Shown: positions 14,989 through 24,599 of the stretch, piece after piece
Layout of the letters: each line of letters starts with the position of its first letter
Numbering within the stretch: the stretch's first letter is position 1
From: a virus
Strand: one strand, 5' to 3'
DNA: 32,844 nucleotides
UHGV virus genome: UHGV-0314203
The notes under the pieces: generated by a model
Seen by the model: only the letters and a program-made list of their open reading frames with translations
Told to the model about the DNA's origin: nothing
The model's database searches: none
Translations under genes and position numbers: made by a program

Positions 14989-16751
14989 AAAATCTCCACA
15001 ATATTGCTGGTATTGGCGGATTCGCCCTGCAGCGGTTCGTTAAACAGTGCGTGCATCGTTGCCCAGGCCAGATCGGCGTGGCTGGCTTCTTCGCTGCGGC
15101 TGGCTTCATAGGTCGGGCGGTTGCCACTGGCGGTGGTGGCGCGACGTATTGCCATAAAGGACTGCGCTATGTCGGTGTGTCCGGCGTCAAACTCCAGACG
15201 GCGGTGGCTGATAATGTCGTAGGCCTTGAGTACCAGGGCGTTTTTAACGTTGGGGTTGTAGACAAACTCCCGGACGGCAGGAAAAAACGCTTTCACGTTC
15301 TCGTAAACCCCGTGACCAACGCCGGTTGAGTCGATACCGATATAGGTCACGTTGTACTGTTCGGTCAGTTTTTTGATGGCGTCAGCCTGGGCGCGGAAGT
15401 CCATCCCGCGCCACTGGTGACGCTCAAGAATGCGGAACTTACCACCCGGCACGGCTGGCGGTGCCACCACCACGCATCCGGCGCTGTCGCCGTTTTGCGT
15501 GCCTTTTGCCGGGTCATAACCGATCCACACTTCGCGCCAGCCAAACGGGCGCAGCGCCAGTGCATGAAAGTCGGTCCAGACTTCCCAACTGTCCACCATG
15601 CACGCCTGCAGCTCGCTGAGCGGAAACACGGACGCGAGATCGTCCACAAACTCGCACATCAGCAGGTTCTGGTATTCGTCCGGGCTGTACTCCATGCGTA
15701 GCTGGTCGAGGTCGAACAGGTTACAGCCGCCGCGCACCGCATCTTCCACGGTGACTATCTGGCGGTATTGCCCGTCTGCGCACAGCAGGCCGGGGGCCAG
15801 ATTGCTGTGGGACAGGTCGATGTCCACCTTATCGGCTTTGTTGCGCCCACGGTTGAACAGCGCACCGGACCAGAACGGATAAGCACTGTGTGTCAGACTG
15901 GATGGCGTGGAAAAATAGGTTTGTCGCCATTTTTTGTGAATAGCCATACCGGAAGCCACTTTGCGCAGCTCCTGGAATTTTGGTATCCAGAAATATTCAT
16001 CCAGATACAGGTTGCCGTGATAACTCTGGGCCGTGCGGGCATTGGTGCCGAGGAAATACAGTGTGGCCCCGTTGGGAAGCACCATCGGATCGCCTTTCAG
16101 CTCCACCTCTACTTCTTTGGCAAAGTCGATGATGTACTGTTTGAAGACGTGGGCCTGTGCCTTACTGGCAGAAAGGAAAATCTGGTTACGTCCGGTCAGC
16201 AGGGCGTCAATCAGGGCTTCACGGGCAAAATAGAAGGTCGCGCCGATCTGGCGTGACTTCAGCAGGTTGCGGATGCGGTTGGTTTTTCCGGCTTCCCACC
16301 AGTGGCGCTGGTAGTTGAACATGGAGGAATGGAAGATTTCTTCCAGCTTCTCAATCTGTTCATCGGTGAAAACATTCTTTTCCGGCTGACGGCGTGGGCC
16401 TTTGTTGCGGTTGGCGACGTTAGGGTTTAAGTCGGCTTCGTTGCCGCCATTGTTAAACTTGCCGATCCGCGCGTGGCGCTCAGACTGGCGCGCCAGCAGG
16501 TCAATCTCTTTGAAATCTTTCCCTTCTTTGTGCTCCTTCATAATGAGCTGGCAGTAGCGTGCGGCGGTGGTGAGCTGCATCTGATCCAGCGGCCCATAGT
16601 CACCCCACTTGTCGCGTTTTTTCCAGCTGTGAACGGTTGCAACTTTCTCGCCCAGCATTTCAGCAATGCGGGCTACGCGGTATCCCTGAAAGTACAGCAG
16701 CATGGCCTGCCGACGGGGATCGAGATCTGCGGGTGTCAGTGTGGTGTTCAT
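14985..16751 (-). CDS. P: terminase large (ATPase) subunit (P2 gpP-like)
   Basis: 588 aa, size and position as P2 P, divergent from the capsid operon. Confidence 0.85.
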   Translation of the reverse strand: MNTTLTPADLDPRRQAMLLYFQGYRVARIAEMLGEKVATVHSWKKRDKWGDYGPLDQMQLTTAARYCQLIMKEHKEGKDFKEIDLLARQSERHARIGKFNNGGNEADLNPNVANRNKGPRRQPEKNVFTDEQIEKLEEIFHSSMFNYQRHWWEAGKTNRIRNLLKSRQIGATFYFAREALIDALLTGRNQIFLSASKAQAHVFKQYIIDFAKEVEVELKGDPMVLPNGATLYFLGTNARTAQSYHGNLYLDEYFWIPKFQELRKVASGMAIHKKWRQTYFSTPSSLTHSAYPFWSGALFNRGRNKADKVDIDLSHSNLAPGLLCADGQYRQIVTVEDAVRGGCNLFDLDQLRMEYSPDEYQNLLMCEFVDDLASVFPLSELQACMVDSWEVWTDFHALALRPFGWREVWIGYDPAKGTQNGDSAGCVVVAPPAVPGGKFRILERHQWRGMDFRAQADAIKKLTEQYNVTYIGIDSTGVGHGVYENVKAFFPAVREFVYNPNVKNALVLKAYDIISHRRLEFDAGHTDIAQSFMAIRRATTASGNRPTYEASRSEEASHADLAWATMHALFNEPLQGESANTSNIVEIF

Positions 16752-16797
16752 GGCACAAACCTACAGCCTTGAATGAAGGCTTTCCCCGCCTGCGGTT

Positions 16798-16815
16798 TGT
16801 GTGGTTGTCGGTACA
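16798..16815. promoter_or_regulatory. Ogr/Delta-type late-promoter activator site TGT-N12-ACA (tgtgtggttgtcggtaca) in the P/O divergent region
   Basis: Exact TGT-N12-ACA spacing read in sequence, in the intergenic region where P2 has its P and O late promoters. Confidence 0.5.
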
Positions 16816-16893
16816 AATACCGCGCATTGTTTCACTGCCCCCATCACCGCAACCATAAGGCTCCAGTAAGTTTTTTCTAACGGAGCACGGCTC

Positions 16894-17727
16894 ATGACAG
16901 TGAAAGCAAAGCGTTTTCGCATCGGGGTGGAAGGTGCCACCACCGACGGACGCGAAATCCAGCGTGAATGGCTGGAACAGATGGCAGCCAGCTACAACCC
17001 GGCGGTGTATACCGCGCTGATTAACCTTGAGCACATCAAGTCTTATCTGCCGGACAGCACCTTTAACCGCTACGGCAAGGTGACGGCGCTGTTTGCTGAA
17101 GAAATCACGGAAGGTCCGCTGGCAGGCAAGATGGCGCTGTATGCCGACGTTGAGCCAACGGAGTCCCTGGTGGAACTGGTGAAAAAAGGCCAGAAATTAT
17201 TCACCTCTATGGAAGTCAGCCCGAAGTTCGCTGATACGGGTAAAGCCTACCTGGTCGGCCTGGCTGCCACTGATGATCCCGCCAGTCTGGGTACGGAAAT
17301 GCTGACATTCAGCGCCAGTGCAGCCCATAACCCGCTGGCAAACCGCAAGCAGAATCCCGCCAATCTTTTTACCGCTGCAGAGGAAACGGTGATCGAACTG
17401 GAAGAAATCCAGGAGGACAAGCCGTCCCTGTTTGCCCGTGTCACGGCGCTGTTTACCAAAAAAGAGCAGTCCGATGACGCCCGGTTCTCTGATGTGCATA
17501 AGGCCGTGGAGCTGGTCGCCACTGAGCAGCAGAACCTGAGCGCACGCACCGAAAAATCCCTGTCTGAGCAGGAAGAACGCTTGTCTGAGCTGGAGACTGC
17601 TCTGCAGGAGCAGCAAACCGCCTTTAACGAACTGGTGAATAAGCTGAGTCATGAAGACAGCCGCCAGGACTACCGCCAGCGTGCAACAGGCGGTAACGCC
17701 CCCGCTGACACTCTGACCAATTGCTGA
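16894..17727 (+). CDS. O: capsid scaffolding protein (P2 gpO-like)
   Basis: 277 aa, first gene of the rightward capsid operon; size and order as P2 O. Confidence 0.8.
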   Translation: MTVKAKRFRIGVEGATTDGREIQREWLEQMAASYNPAVYTALINLEHIKSYLPDSTFNRYGKVTALFAEEITEGPLAGKMALYADVEPTESLVELVKKGQKLFTSMEVSPKFADTGKAYLVGLAATDDPASLGTEMLTFSASAAHNPLANRKQNPANLFTAAEETVIELEEIQEDKPSLFARVTALFTKKEQSDDARFSDVHKAVELVATEQQNLSARTEKSLSEQEERLSELETALQEQQTAFNELVNKLSHEDSRQDYRQRATGGNAPADTLTNC

Positions 17728-17743
17728 TGGAGCACAAAACCCG

Positions 17744-18802
17744 ATGAAGAAGAATACCCGCTTTGCTTTTAACGCTTACCTGCAGCAGCTGGCGCGTCTG
17801 AACGGTGTGGCAGTTGAAGAACTGTCCAGCAAGTTCACCGTGGAGCCGTCTGTGCAGCAGACGCTGGAAGACCAGATCCAGCAGTCCGTCGCTTTCCTGA
17901 CGCTGATTAACGTCACGCCAGTGACTGAGCAGTCCGGTCAGCTGCTGGGGCTGGGTGTTGGCAGCACCATTGCCGGAACCACTGACACCACCGCGAAAGA
18001 GCGTGAACCTGTCGATCCGACGCTGATGGTCGATGTGGAATATAAATGCGAGCAGACCAACTTTGACACGGTGCTGACCTACGCGAAGCTGGACCTGTGG
18101 GCGAAGTTTCAGGATTTCCAGGTGCGCATCCGTGACGCCATCGTGAAACGTCAGGCTCTGGACCGCATCATGATCGGCTTTAACGGCGTGAAGCGTGCGA
18201 AAACCTCCAACCGTAGCGAAAACCCGCTGCTGCAGGATGTGAACAAAGGCTGGCTGCAGAAAATCCGTGAAGATGCACCGGATCACGTCATGGGCAGCAC
18301 CACCACGGGCGGTGAAACCACACCGGGCGCGGTGAAAGTCGGGAAAGGTGGCGAATATGCCAACCTGGACGCCGTGGTGATGGATGCCGTCAATGAGCTT
18401 ATCGATGTGGTCTACCAGGACGATGACGATCTGGTGGTGATTTGCGGTCGTGAACTGCTGTCTGACAAGTATTTCCCGCTGGTCAACAAAGAGCAGGAAA
18501 ACAGTGAAAAACTGGCTGCCGATATGATCATCAGTCAGAAACGCATGGGTGGCCTGCAGGCCGTGCGTGCGCCGTTCTTCCCGCCGAATGCACTGCTGAT
18601 CACCCGTCTGGATAACCTGTCCATCTACTGGCAGGAAGACACCCGCCGCCGCTCAGTTATCGACAACCCGAAACGTGACCGGATTGAAAACTTTGAATCC
18701 GTTAACGAAGCCTATGTGGTTGAGGACTACCGCTGCGCCGCACTGGTGGAAAACATCCAGATTGGCGACTTCAGCGCCGCCGCAGCAGAAACCGGAGCGT
18801 AA
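17744..18802 (+). CDS. N: major capsid protein (P2 gpN-like)
   Basis: 352 aa, size and position as P2 N. Confidence 0.85.
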   Translation: MKKNTRFAFNAYLQQLARLNGVAVEELSSKFTVEPSVQQTLEDQIQQSVAFLTLINVTPVTEQSGQLLGLGVGSTIAGTTDTTAKEREPVDPTLMVDVEYKCEQTNFDTVLTYAKLDLWAKFQDFQVRIRDAIVKRQALDRIMIGFNGVKRAKTSNRSENPLLQDVNKGWLQKIREDAPDHVMGSTTTGGETTPGAVKVGKGGEYANLDAVVMDAVNELIDVVYQDDDDLVVICGRELLSDKYFPLVNKEQENSEKLAADMIISQKRMGGLQAVRAPFFPPNALLITRLDNLSIYWQEDTRRRSVIDNPKRDRIENFESVNEAYVVEDYRCAALVENIQIGDFSAAAAETGA

Positions 18803-18805
18803 TTC

Positions 18806-19456
18806 ATGAGCCTGAGTCCCGCACGGCAGCATCGCCTGCGCGTTCAGGCTGAACAGGCCGCCCGCGAGGGCGGCAGCGTTCGCCACGCGTCGGGCTATGA
18901 CCTGATGCTGCTGCAACTGGCGGAAGACCGCCGCCGTCTCAAGGGCGTTCAGTCCACGGTCAAAAAAGCGGAAATCAAGGTGGAGCTGCTGCCGAAGTAC
19001 GCCGCCTGGGCGGAGGGTGTCCTGGCTGCCGGAGGCGCTCAACAGGATGACGTGCTGATGTACGTGATGCTGTGGCGCATTGATGCCGGAGATTATGCCG
19101 GGGCGCTGGAGATCGGGCGTCACGCCCTGCGTCATGGCTGGGTGATGCCGTTAGGTAACCGCAACGTGCAGACCGTGCTGGCAGAGGAAATGGCAGATGC
19201 AGCCCAGAGCGCAATGCTTGCCGCCACCGGCTTTGATGCCGATCTGTTGTTGCAGACGCTGGAGCTGACAGACGGTCTGGATATGCCGGACCAGTCACGG
19301 GCGCGTCTGCATAAAGCGATTGGCGCTGTCCTGAGTGAAAGAAATCCGGCGTCTGCCCTTAATCATCTCAACCATGCGTTACAGCTCGATCCCCGCTGTG
19401 GCGTGAAAAAAGACAAACAGCAGCTGGAGCGCAGACTGCGCAATGACAGCCGCTGA
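18806..19456 (+). CDS. M: terminase small / endonuclease subunit (P2 gpM-like)
   Basis: 216 aa, follows N as in P2. Confidence 0.75.
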   Translation: MSLSPARQHRLRVQAEQAAREGGSVRHASGYDLMLLQLAEDRRRLKGVQSTVKKAEIKVELLPKYAAWAEGVLAAGGAQQDDVLMYVMLWRIDAGDYAGALEIGRHALRHGWVMPLGNRNVQTVLAEEMADAAQSAMLAATGFDADLLLQTLELTDGLDMPDQSRARLHKAIGAVLSERNPASALNHLNHALQLDPRCGVKKDKQQLERRLRNDSR

Positions 19457-19551
19457 CAGAACGTGCCCCCGCGCACGGGCGGCACGGGGTGGCGAAAGGC
19501 ACTGCCACATCAAAACCCCGTCCACCGCCCTCTATTTCAGGAGAAAGCAGC

Positions 19552-20016
19552 ATGAAGTTTGTTGCGCCAGAACAGGCACCGGAACAGGCGGAAATCATCA
19601 GGAATACGCCGTTCTGGCCTGATGTGGACCTGTCGGAGTTTCGCAGTGTGATGCGCACTGACGGCACGGTGACGCAGCCGCGTTTAAAACAGGTTGCCCT
19701 GTCGGCAATTTCGGAGGTCAACGCAGAGCTGTATGAGTTTCGCAGACGCCAGCAGATGCTGGGGTATGCCTCGCTGGCAGAAGTCCCGGCGGAACAACTG
19801 GACGGCAAAAGCGAGCGCATTCAGCACTATTTCAACGCGGTTTACTGCTGGGCACGCGCCATGCTCAACGAACGTTACCAGGACTATGACGCCACGGCAT
19901 CCGGTGCGAAGCGAGGCGAGGAACTGGCGGAAGCAAGCGGTGATTTATGGCGTGACGCCCGCTGGGCCATCAGCCGGGTGCAGGATGCGCCGCACTGCAC
20001 AGTGGAGCTTATCTGA
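19552..20016 (+). CDS. L: head completion/stabilisation protein (P2 gpL-like)
   Basis: ATG 19552 with GGAG 8 nt upstream (the ORF track's alternative start at 19489 has no good SD); stop overlaps the X start. Confidence 0.75.
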   Translation: MKFVAPEQAPEQAEIIRNTPFWPDVDLSEFRSVMRTDGTVTQPRLKQVALSAISEVNAELYEFRRRQQMLGYASLAEVPAEQLDGKSERIQHYFNAVYCWARAMLNERYQDYDATASGAKRGEELAEASGDLWRDARWAISRVQDAPHCTVELI

Positions 20017-20219
20017 TGAAAGTGCGTGCGCATCAGTATGACACGGTGGACGCACTTTGCTGGCGTCATTACGGGCGCACGCAGGGTGTCACGGAGCAGG
20101 TACTGAAGGCAAATCCGGGGCTTGCCGAATACGGCCCCTTTTTACCTCACGGGCTGCAGGTGGAGCTGCCGGACATTCCGACAACCACCACCGTGCAGAC
20201 CGTCCAGCTATGGGACTGA
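20016..20219 (+). CDS. X: tail protein X (P2 gpX-like)
   Basis: 67 aa, same length and position as P2 X. Confidence 0.8.
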   Translation: MKVRAHQYDTVDALCWRHYGRTQGVTEQVLKANPGLAEYGPFLPHGLQVELPDIPTTTTVQTVQLWD

Positions 20220-20222
20220 ATT

Positions 20223-20438
20223 ATGACGCTTGAGCGAATCAGCGCCTTTATCACGTATTGCATCGCCGTCGTGCTGGCCTGGCTGGGCGATTTGTCCATC
20301 AAGGATGCCTCAACGCTGGGCGGCCTGATGATCGGTGTGCTGATGCTGGCTATCAACTGGTACTACAAACACAAAGCCTACCAGCTTCTGCGCGACGGGC
20401 AGATCTCGCGGGAGGACTATGAATCCATCAATCGTTAA
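20223..20438 (+). CDS. holin
   Basis: 71 aa with two hydrophobic helices and a charged C-terminus, immediately upstream of the endolysin. Confidence 0.7.
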   Translation: MTLERISAFITYCIAVVLAWLGDLSIKDASTLGGLMIGVLMLAINWYYKHKAYQLLRDGQISREDYESINR

Positions 20439-20931
20439 ACGCTGCCTTGTCGGGGCCGTGCTGGCTATTGCTGCCACGCTGCCGGGGTTTCAGCAGCTTC
20501 ACACCTCCGTGGAGGGGCTGAAACTGATTGCCGATTACGAAGGCTGTCGTCTGCAGCCGTATCAGTGCAGCGCGGGCGTCTGGACCGACGGCATTGGTAA
20601 CACGTCAGGCGTCATTCCCGGCAAAACCATTACGGAACGACAGGCAGCAGAAGGACTGATTTCCAACGTGCTGCGTGTGGAGCGGGCGCTGGAAAGGTGT
20701 GTGAAACAACAGCCGCCGCAGAAGGTATATGACGCTGCGGTGTCGTTTGCCTTCAACGTGGGAACGGGCAATGCCTGCAGTTCCACGCTGGTGAAATTAC
20801 TCAATCAGCGGCGCTGGGCGGATGCGTGCCGACAGTTGCCGCGCTGGGTTTATGTGAAAGGTGTGTTTAATCAGGGGCTGGATAACCGCCGTGCGCGGGA
20901 GATGGCCTGGTGTTTACAGGGAGCAAACTGA
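20419..20931 (+). CDS. endolysin, T4-lysozyme-like muramidase with an N-terminal hydrophobic SAR-like segment
   Basis: 170 aa; N-terminal CLVGAVLAIAATLPGF followed by YEG…GVWTDGIGNT, a lysozyme-type catalytic region. Confidence 0.8.
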   Translation: MNPSIVKRCLVGAVLAIAATLPGFQQLHTSVEGLKLIADYEGCRLQPYQCSAGVWTDGIGNTSGVIPGKTITERQAAEGLISNVLRVERALERCVKQQPPQKVYDAAVSFAFNVGTGNACSSTLVKLLNQRRWADACRQLPRWVYVKGVFNQGLDNRRAREMAWCLQGAN

Positions 20932-20932
20932 A

Positions 20933-21310
20933 ATGAAAAAGAAATTAATCAGCGGGCTGTTTCTGATGTTATGGATGGCGCTGTTAATCGCAGCAATGGT
21001 GTATCCGCAGGGGATTTTTCCGGTACTGGCAGCGTCCGGCGTTTGGGTAGCCTGTTTACTGACATGGGCGGTAATTCCGGTAGCACTGGCTGCGTTAATT
21101 AAGAATGGCCCGCTCTGGCAGGAGTTGAGGGCATCTTTGCTGAAGACCATTACCCGAAAAGAAAACGTATTTATCAGCTGGGTGATGCGATTGCTGATTG
21201 TCGTAAGTCTCGCCTGGACGGGGTGGGCTGTTACCCTGGTCTTTTATCTACTGACCGTTATTGCCTTCTGGATCACCCGTAATCAGATGGCGCAACAGGT
21301 AGCAGCATGA
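20933..21310 (+). CDS. lysA: LysA-like membrane protein (lysis timing / antiholin candidate)
   Basis: 125 aa with multiple TM segments, between endolysin and spanin genes as in P2. Confidence 0.6.
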   Translation: MKKKLISGLFLMLWMALLIAAMVYPQGIFPVLAASGVWVACLLTWAVIPVALAALIKNGPLWQELRASLLKTITRKENVFISWVMRLLIVVSLAWTGWAVTLVFYLLTVIAFWITRNQMAQQVAA

Positions 21311-21735
21311 ACCGGTTGCTGCTGGTTATGCTGGCGTTATTACTGGCGGCGCTGGGCTGGCAGACGTGGCGGCTGGCTGATGCCAGCCAGACCATCAGCA
21401 CGCAGGCAGACGAGCTGCAGAGCAAAAGCCAGGCACTGGCAAAGAGCAACAGCCAGCTTATCAGCCTGTCCATTCTGACTGAAACCAATAACCGGGAGCA
21501 GGCGCGGCTCTATGCCGAAGCAGAACAGACCAGCGCGCTGCTGAGACAACGACAACACCGGATAGAGGAACTGAAACGTGAGAACGAGGATTTACGCCGC
21601 TGGGCTGATACTCCTTTGCCTGCTGACATTATCCGGCTGCGGGAACGTCCGACGCTCACCGGAGGTGCAGCTTACCGTCAGTGGTTGTCCGCGAGTGACG
21701 CCGTGTCGGCTGGATCAGGCAGCGCCGCGCACTAA
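21307..21735 (+). CDS. lysB: i-spanin (LysB / Rz-like)
   Basis: 142 aa; N-terminal TM (LLLVMLALLLAALGW) then a coiled-coil periplasmic domain. Confidence 0.65.
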   Translation: MNRLLLVMLALLLAALGWQTWRLADASQTISTQADELQSKSQALAKSNSQLISLSILTETNNREQARLYAEAEQTSALLRQRQHRIEELKRENEDLRRWADTPLPADIIRLRERPTLTGGAAYRQWLSASDAVSAGSGSAAH

Positions 21736-21868
21736 CGGTGATCTGAACGCGTTGCTGGATGAAACGGAGGCCGCCTGGGCGGTCTGTGCAGACAAAGTGG
21801 ACATGATTATTGCGTGTCAGGAGCGAAACAGTGAACAAACCACAATCCCTGCGCCACGCCCTCAATAA
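21578..21868 (+). CDS. lysC: o-spanin lipoprotein (LysC / Rz1-like), embedded out of frame in lysB and overlapping R
   Basis: Lipobox LTLSGC after a signal-like N-terminus; alternate-frame position typical of Rz1-type genes. Confidence 0.5.
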   Translation: MRTRIYAAGLILLCLLTLSGCGNVRRSPEVQLTVSGCPRVTPCRLDQAAPRTNGDLNALLDETEAAWAVCADKVDMIIACQERNSEQTTIPAPRPQ

Positions 21869-22262
21869 AGCGGTGCCTTATGTCCGCAATAACCCGGACA
21901 AACTGCATCTGTTTGTGGATAACGGTTCGCTGGTTGCCACGGGGGCCGGCTCCATGTCATGGGAGTACCGTTACACCCTGAACGCGGTGATTGAGGATTT
22001 CAGCGGGGACCAGAATCTGCTGATGGCCCCGGTTTTGCTGTGGCTGCGGGATAACCAGCCCGATGCCATCAATAATCCGGCGTTACGGGAAAAACTATTC
22101 ACCTTTGAGGTGGATATTCTGCGCAACGATGTCTGTGATATCAGCCTTAACCTGCAACTGACGGAGCGTGTGCTGGTCAGCACTGACGGCAGTGTGTCGA
22201 GCGTTGAAGCTGTAGCAGAACCCGATGAACCTGAAGAAATGTGGACGGTGAAACGTGGCTGA
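21831..22262 (+). CDS. R: tail completion protein (P2 gpR-like)
   Basis: GTG 21831 with AGGAG 9 nt upstream (the ORF track starts at 21810); position as P2 R. Confidence 0.75.
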   Translation: MNKPQSLRHALNKAVPYVRNNPDKLHLFVDNGSLVATGAGSMSWEYRYTLNAVIEDFSGDQNLLMAPVLLWLRDNQPDAINNPALREKLFTFEVDILRNDVCDISLNLQLTERVLVSTDGSVSSVEAVAEPDEPEEMWTVKRG

Positions 22263-22701
22263 ACTGCAGAAGGTGGACGACTGGCTGAGTGCTTTGCTGG
22301 CGAATCTGGAGCCAGCCGCCAGAAGCCGCATGATGCGCCAGCTGGCGCAGGAACTGCGCCGGGCACAGCAGCAGAACATCAGGATGCAACGCAATCCTGA
22401 TGGCAGCAGCTATGAACCGAGGCGAGTAACAGCACGCAGTAAAAAAGGCCGCATCAAACGGCAGATGTTTACAAAACTTCGCACCAAAAAATACCTGAAA
22501 ACCGCCGCCAGCACGGATTCTGCCAGCGTGCAGTTTGAAGGTAAGGTGCAGCGTATTGCCCGCGTTCACCATTACGGCCTGCGTGATCGCGTCAGTCGCA
22601 AAGGACCTGAGGTCCGTTACGCAGAGCGTCGTCTTCTGGGCGTAAATGATGATGTTGAGGCAATGACCCGCGACATGATTCTGCAATGGCTGGCGGGGTG
22701 A
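22255..22701 (+). CDS. S: tail completion protein (P2 gpS-like)
   Basis: 148 aa, follows R with an overlapping start. Confidence 0.75.
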   Translation: MAELQKVDDWLSALLANLEPAARSRMMRQLAQELRRAQQQNIRMQRNPDGSSYEPRRVTARSKKGRIKRQMFTKLRTKKYLKTAASTDSASVQFEGKVQRIARVHHYGLRDRVSRKGPEVRYAERRLLGVNDDVEAMTRDMILQWLAG

Positions 22702-22705
22702 TCTT

Positions 22706-22723
22706 TGTATCAGCACTGATACA
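22706..22723 (+). promoter_or_regulatory. Ogr/Delta-type late-promoter site TGT-N12-ACA (tgtatcagcactgataca) upstream of V
   Basis: Near-perfect palindrome with exact spacing, at the position of the P2 V promoter. Confidence 0.55.
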
Positions 22724-22769
22724 AGTTGCAGCACTGCCGCCTTTCTTCCCCTGATGGCAACCTTTCCCT

Positions 22770-23348
22770 ATGAACGCACAATTAACCGAAATCATGCGCC
22801 TTATCACCAACCTGATCCGCACTGGGGTAGTCACCGAAGTGGACCGGGAAAACTGGCTTTGTCGGGTGAAAACGGGCGACCTTGAAACCAACTGGATTAA
22901 CTGGCTGACGCTGCGCGCGGGTAATGCCCGCACATGGTGGAAACCATCGGAAGGTGAGCAGGTGGTGCTGCTGAGTCTGGGCGGCAATCTGGAGACCGCC
23001 TTTGCGCTGCCCGCTGTCTATTCGAATCAGTTCGCACCACCGTCGACGTCGGCGGACGCCTGCGTGACAGAACATCCTGACGGTGGCTGGTTTGAATACG
23101 AACCCGCCACCGGGCGCTGGTATGTCAGGGGCATCAAATCAATGGTCATTGAGGCCGCTGACAACATCACCCTGAAAACCAGTGAGTTTGTACTGGAGGC
23201 TGACCGCACGCGCATTAACAGCGAAGTGGTGATCAATGGTGGCGTTACCCAGGGCGGCGGAGCGATGAGTTCTAACGGGATCGTGGTTGATGCGCATCAG
23301 CATACTGGCGTCCTGAAAGGCGGCGATACAACCGGAGGCCCGGTATGA
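22770..23348 (+). CDS. V: baseplate spike protein (P2 gpV-like)
   Basis: 192 aa, position and size as P2 V. Confidence 0.8.
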   Translation: MNAQLTEIMRLITNLIRTGVVTEVDRENWLCRVKTGDLETNWINWLTLRAGNARTWWKPSEGEQVVLLSLGGNLETAFALPAVYSNQFAPPSTSADACVTEHPDGGWFEYEPATGRWYVRGIKSMVIEAADNITLKTSEFVLEADRTRINSEVVINGGVTQGGGAMSSNGIVVDAHQHTGVLKGGDTTGGPV

Positions 23349-23704
23349 CGCTTTATAGCGGGATGAACAATACCAGCGGCAAAGCCATTACTGATATTGA
23401 CCATCTGCGCCAGTCGGTGCGGGACATTCTGCTGACGCCGCAGGGTAGCCGCATTGCTCGCCGTGAATATGGTTCCCTGCTGTCGGCACTGATAGACCAG
23501 CCACAAAATCCGGCGTTACGCCTGCAGGTCATGTCGGCAGTGTATGTGGCGCTGAGTCGCTGGGAGCCACGGCTGACGCTGGATTCCATGACCATTAACA
23601 GCAATTTTGACGGTTCAATGGTGGTGGGACTGACTGGGCGGCGTAATAACGGTGTGCCTGTTTCCCTTTCCGTATCAACAGGAGCAGAGAATGGCAGTGA
23701 TTGA
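23345..23704 (+). CDS. W: baseplate wedge protein (P2 gpW-like)
   Basis: 119 aa, overlapping start, order as in P2. Confidence 0.8.
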   Translation: MTLYSGMNNTSGKAITDIDHLRQSVRDILLTPQGSRIARREYGSLLSALIDQPQNPALRLQVMSAVYVALSRWEPRLTLDSMTINSNFDGSMVVGLTGRRNNGVPVSLSVSTGAENGSD

Positions 23705-24599
23705 CCTTTCGCAGTTGCCTGCGCCGCAGATTGTCGATGTGCCGGACTTTGAGACGTTGCTTGCCGAACGCAAGGCCGAATTTGTTGCGCTTCATCCGAA
23801 AGATGAGCAGGAAGCCGTGATCCGCACGCTGGAACTTGAATCTGAACCCGTCACCAAATTGCTGCAGGAGAACGCTTACCGTGAGTTGCTTCTGCGCCAG
23901 CGCATTAACGAAGCCGCGCTGGCGGTGATGGTGGCTTACGCGATGGGCGGCGATCTTGACCAGCTCGCTGCCAACTACAACGTGACACGCCTGACGGTGA
24001 CGCCTGCTGATAATGACGCTGTGCCACCCGTTGCGGCTGTGATGGAAAGTGATGAAGCGTTACGCCTGCGTGTGCCTGCAGCCTTTGAAGGGCTTTCAGT
24101 TGCGGGGCCAACTGCAGCTTATGAATTTCATGCCCGAAGCGCCGACGGTCGGGTGGCAGATGCCAGTGCAACCAGCCCGGCACCTGCAGAAGTGGTGCTG
24201 ACTGTCCTTAGCCGCGAAGGCGATGGAACTGCAGAAAAAGATCTGCTGGACGTGGTGGAAAAAGCTCTGAACAGTGAGAACGTCCGCCCGGTGGCTGACC
24301 GTCTGACGGTTCGCAGCGCAGAAATCATCCCGTATCGCGTGGAAGCCACCATTTTTCTCTATCCGGGACCGGAAGCAGAGCCGGTAATGGCAGCGGCAAA
24401 AGCCAGCCTGCAGAAGTACATCGCCAGTCAGACGCGTCTTGGTCGGGATATTCGCCGTAGCGCCATCTTTGCTGCTCTGCATGTTGAGGGTGTTCAACGT
24501 GTGGAACTGGCTTCTCCGCTGGCGGATGTGGTCCTGAACAAAACACAGGCGGCATCATGTACGCAGTGGAGCGTAACCAACGGAGGAACGGATGAATAG
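23691..24599 (+). CDS. J: baseplate protein (P2 gpJ-like)
   Basis: 302 aa from ATG 23691 with AGGAG upstream (the ORF track's longer frame begins at 23652). Confidence 0.8.
   Translation: MAVIDLSQLPAPQIVDVPDFETLLAERKAEFVALHPKDEQEAVIRTLELESEPVTKLLQENAYRELLLRQRINEAALAVMVAYAMGGDLDQLAANYNVTRLTVTPADNDAVPPVAAVMESDEALRLRVPAAFEGLSVAGPTAAYEFHARSADGRVADASATSPAPAEVVLTVLSREGDGTAEKDLLDVVEKALNSENVRPVADRLTVRSAEIIPYRVEATIFLYPGPEAEPVMAAAKASLQKYIASQTRLGRDIRRSAIFAALHVEGVQRVELASPLADVVLNKTQAASCTQWSVTNGGTDE

Noticed and set aside
15365-16256. Several 94-162-aa ORFs on both strands inside the terminase large-subunit gene
   Set aside because: Overlap the 588-aa terminase frame, whose size and position match P2 gpP; Arg/Ala/Cys/Trp-rich out-of-frame artefacts.
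19489-19551. Longer start (GTG 19489) for the head-completion gene L given by the ORF track
   Set aside because: No SD at usable spacing; the internal ATG 19552 has GGAG 8 nt upstream and gives a length closer to P2 gpL.
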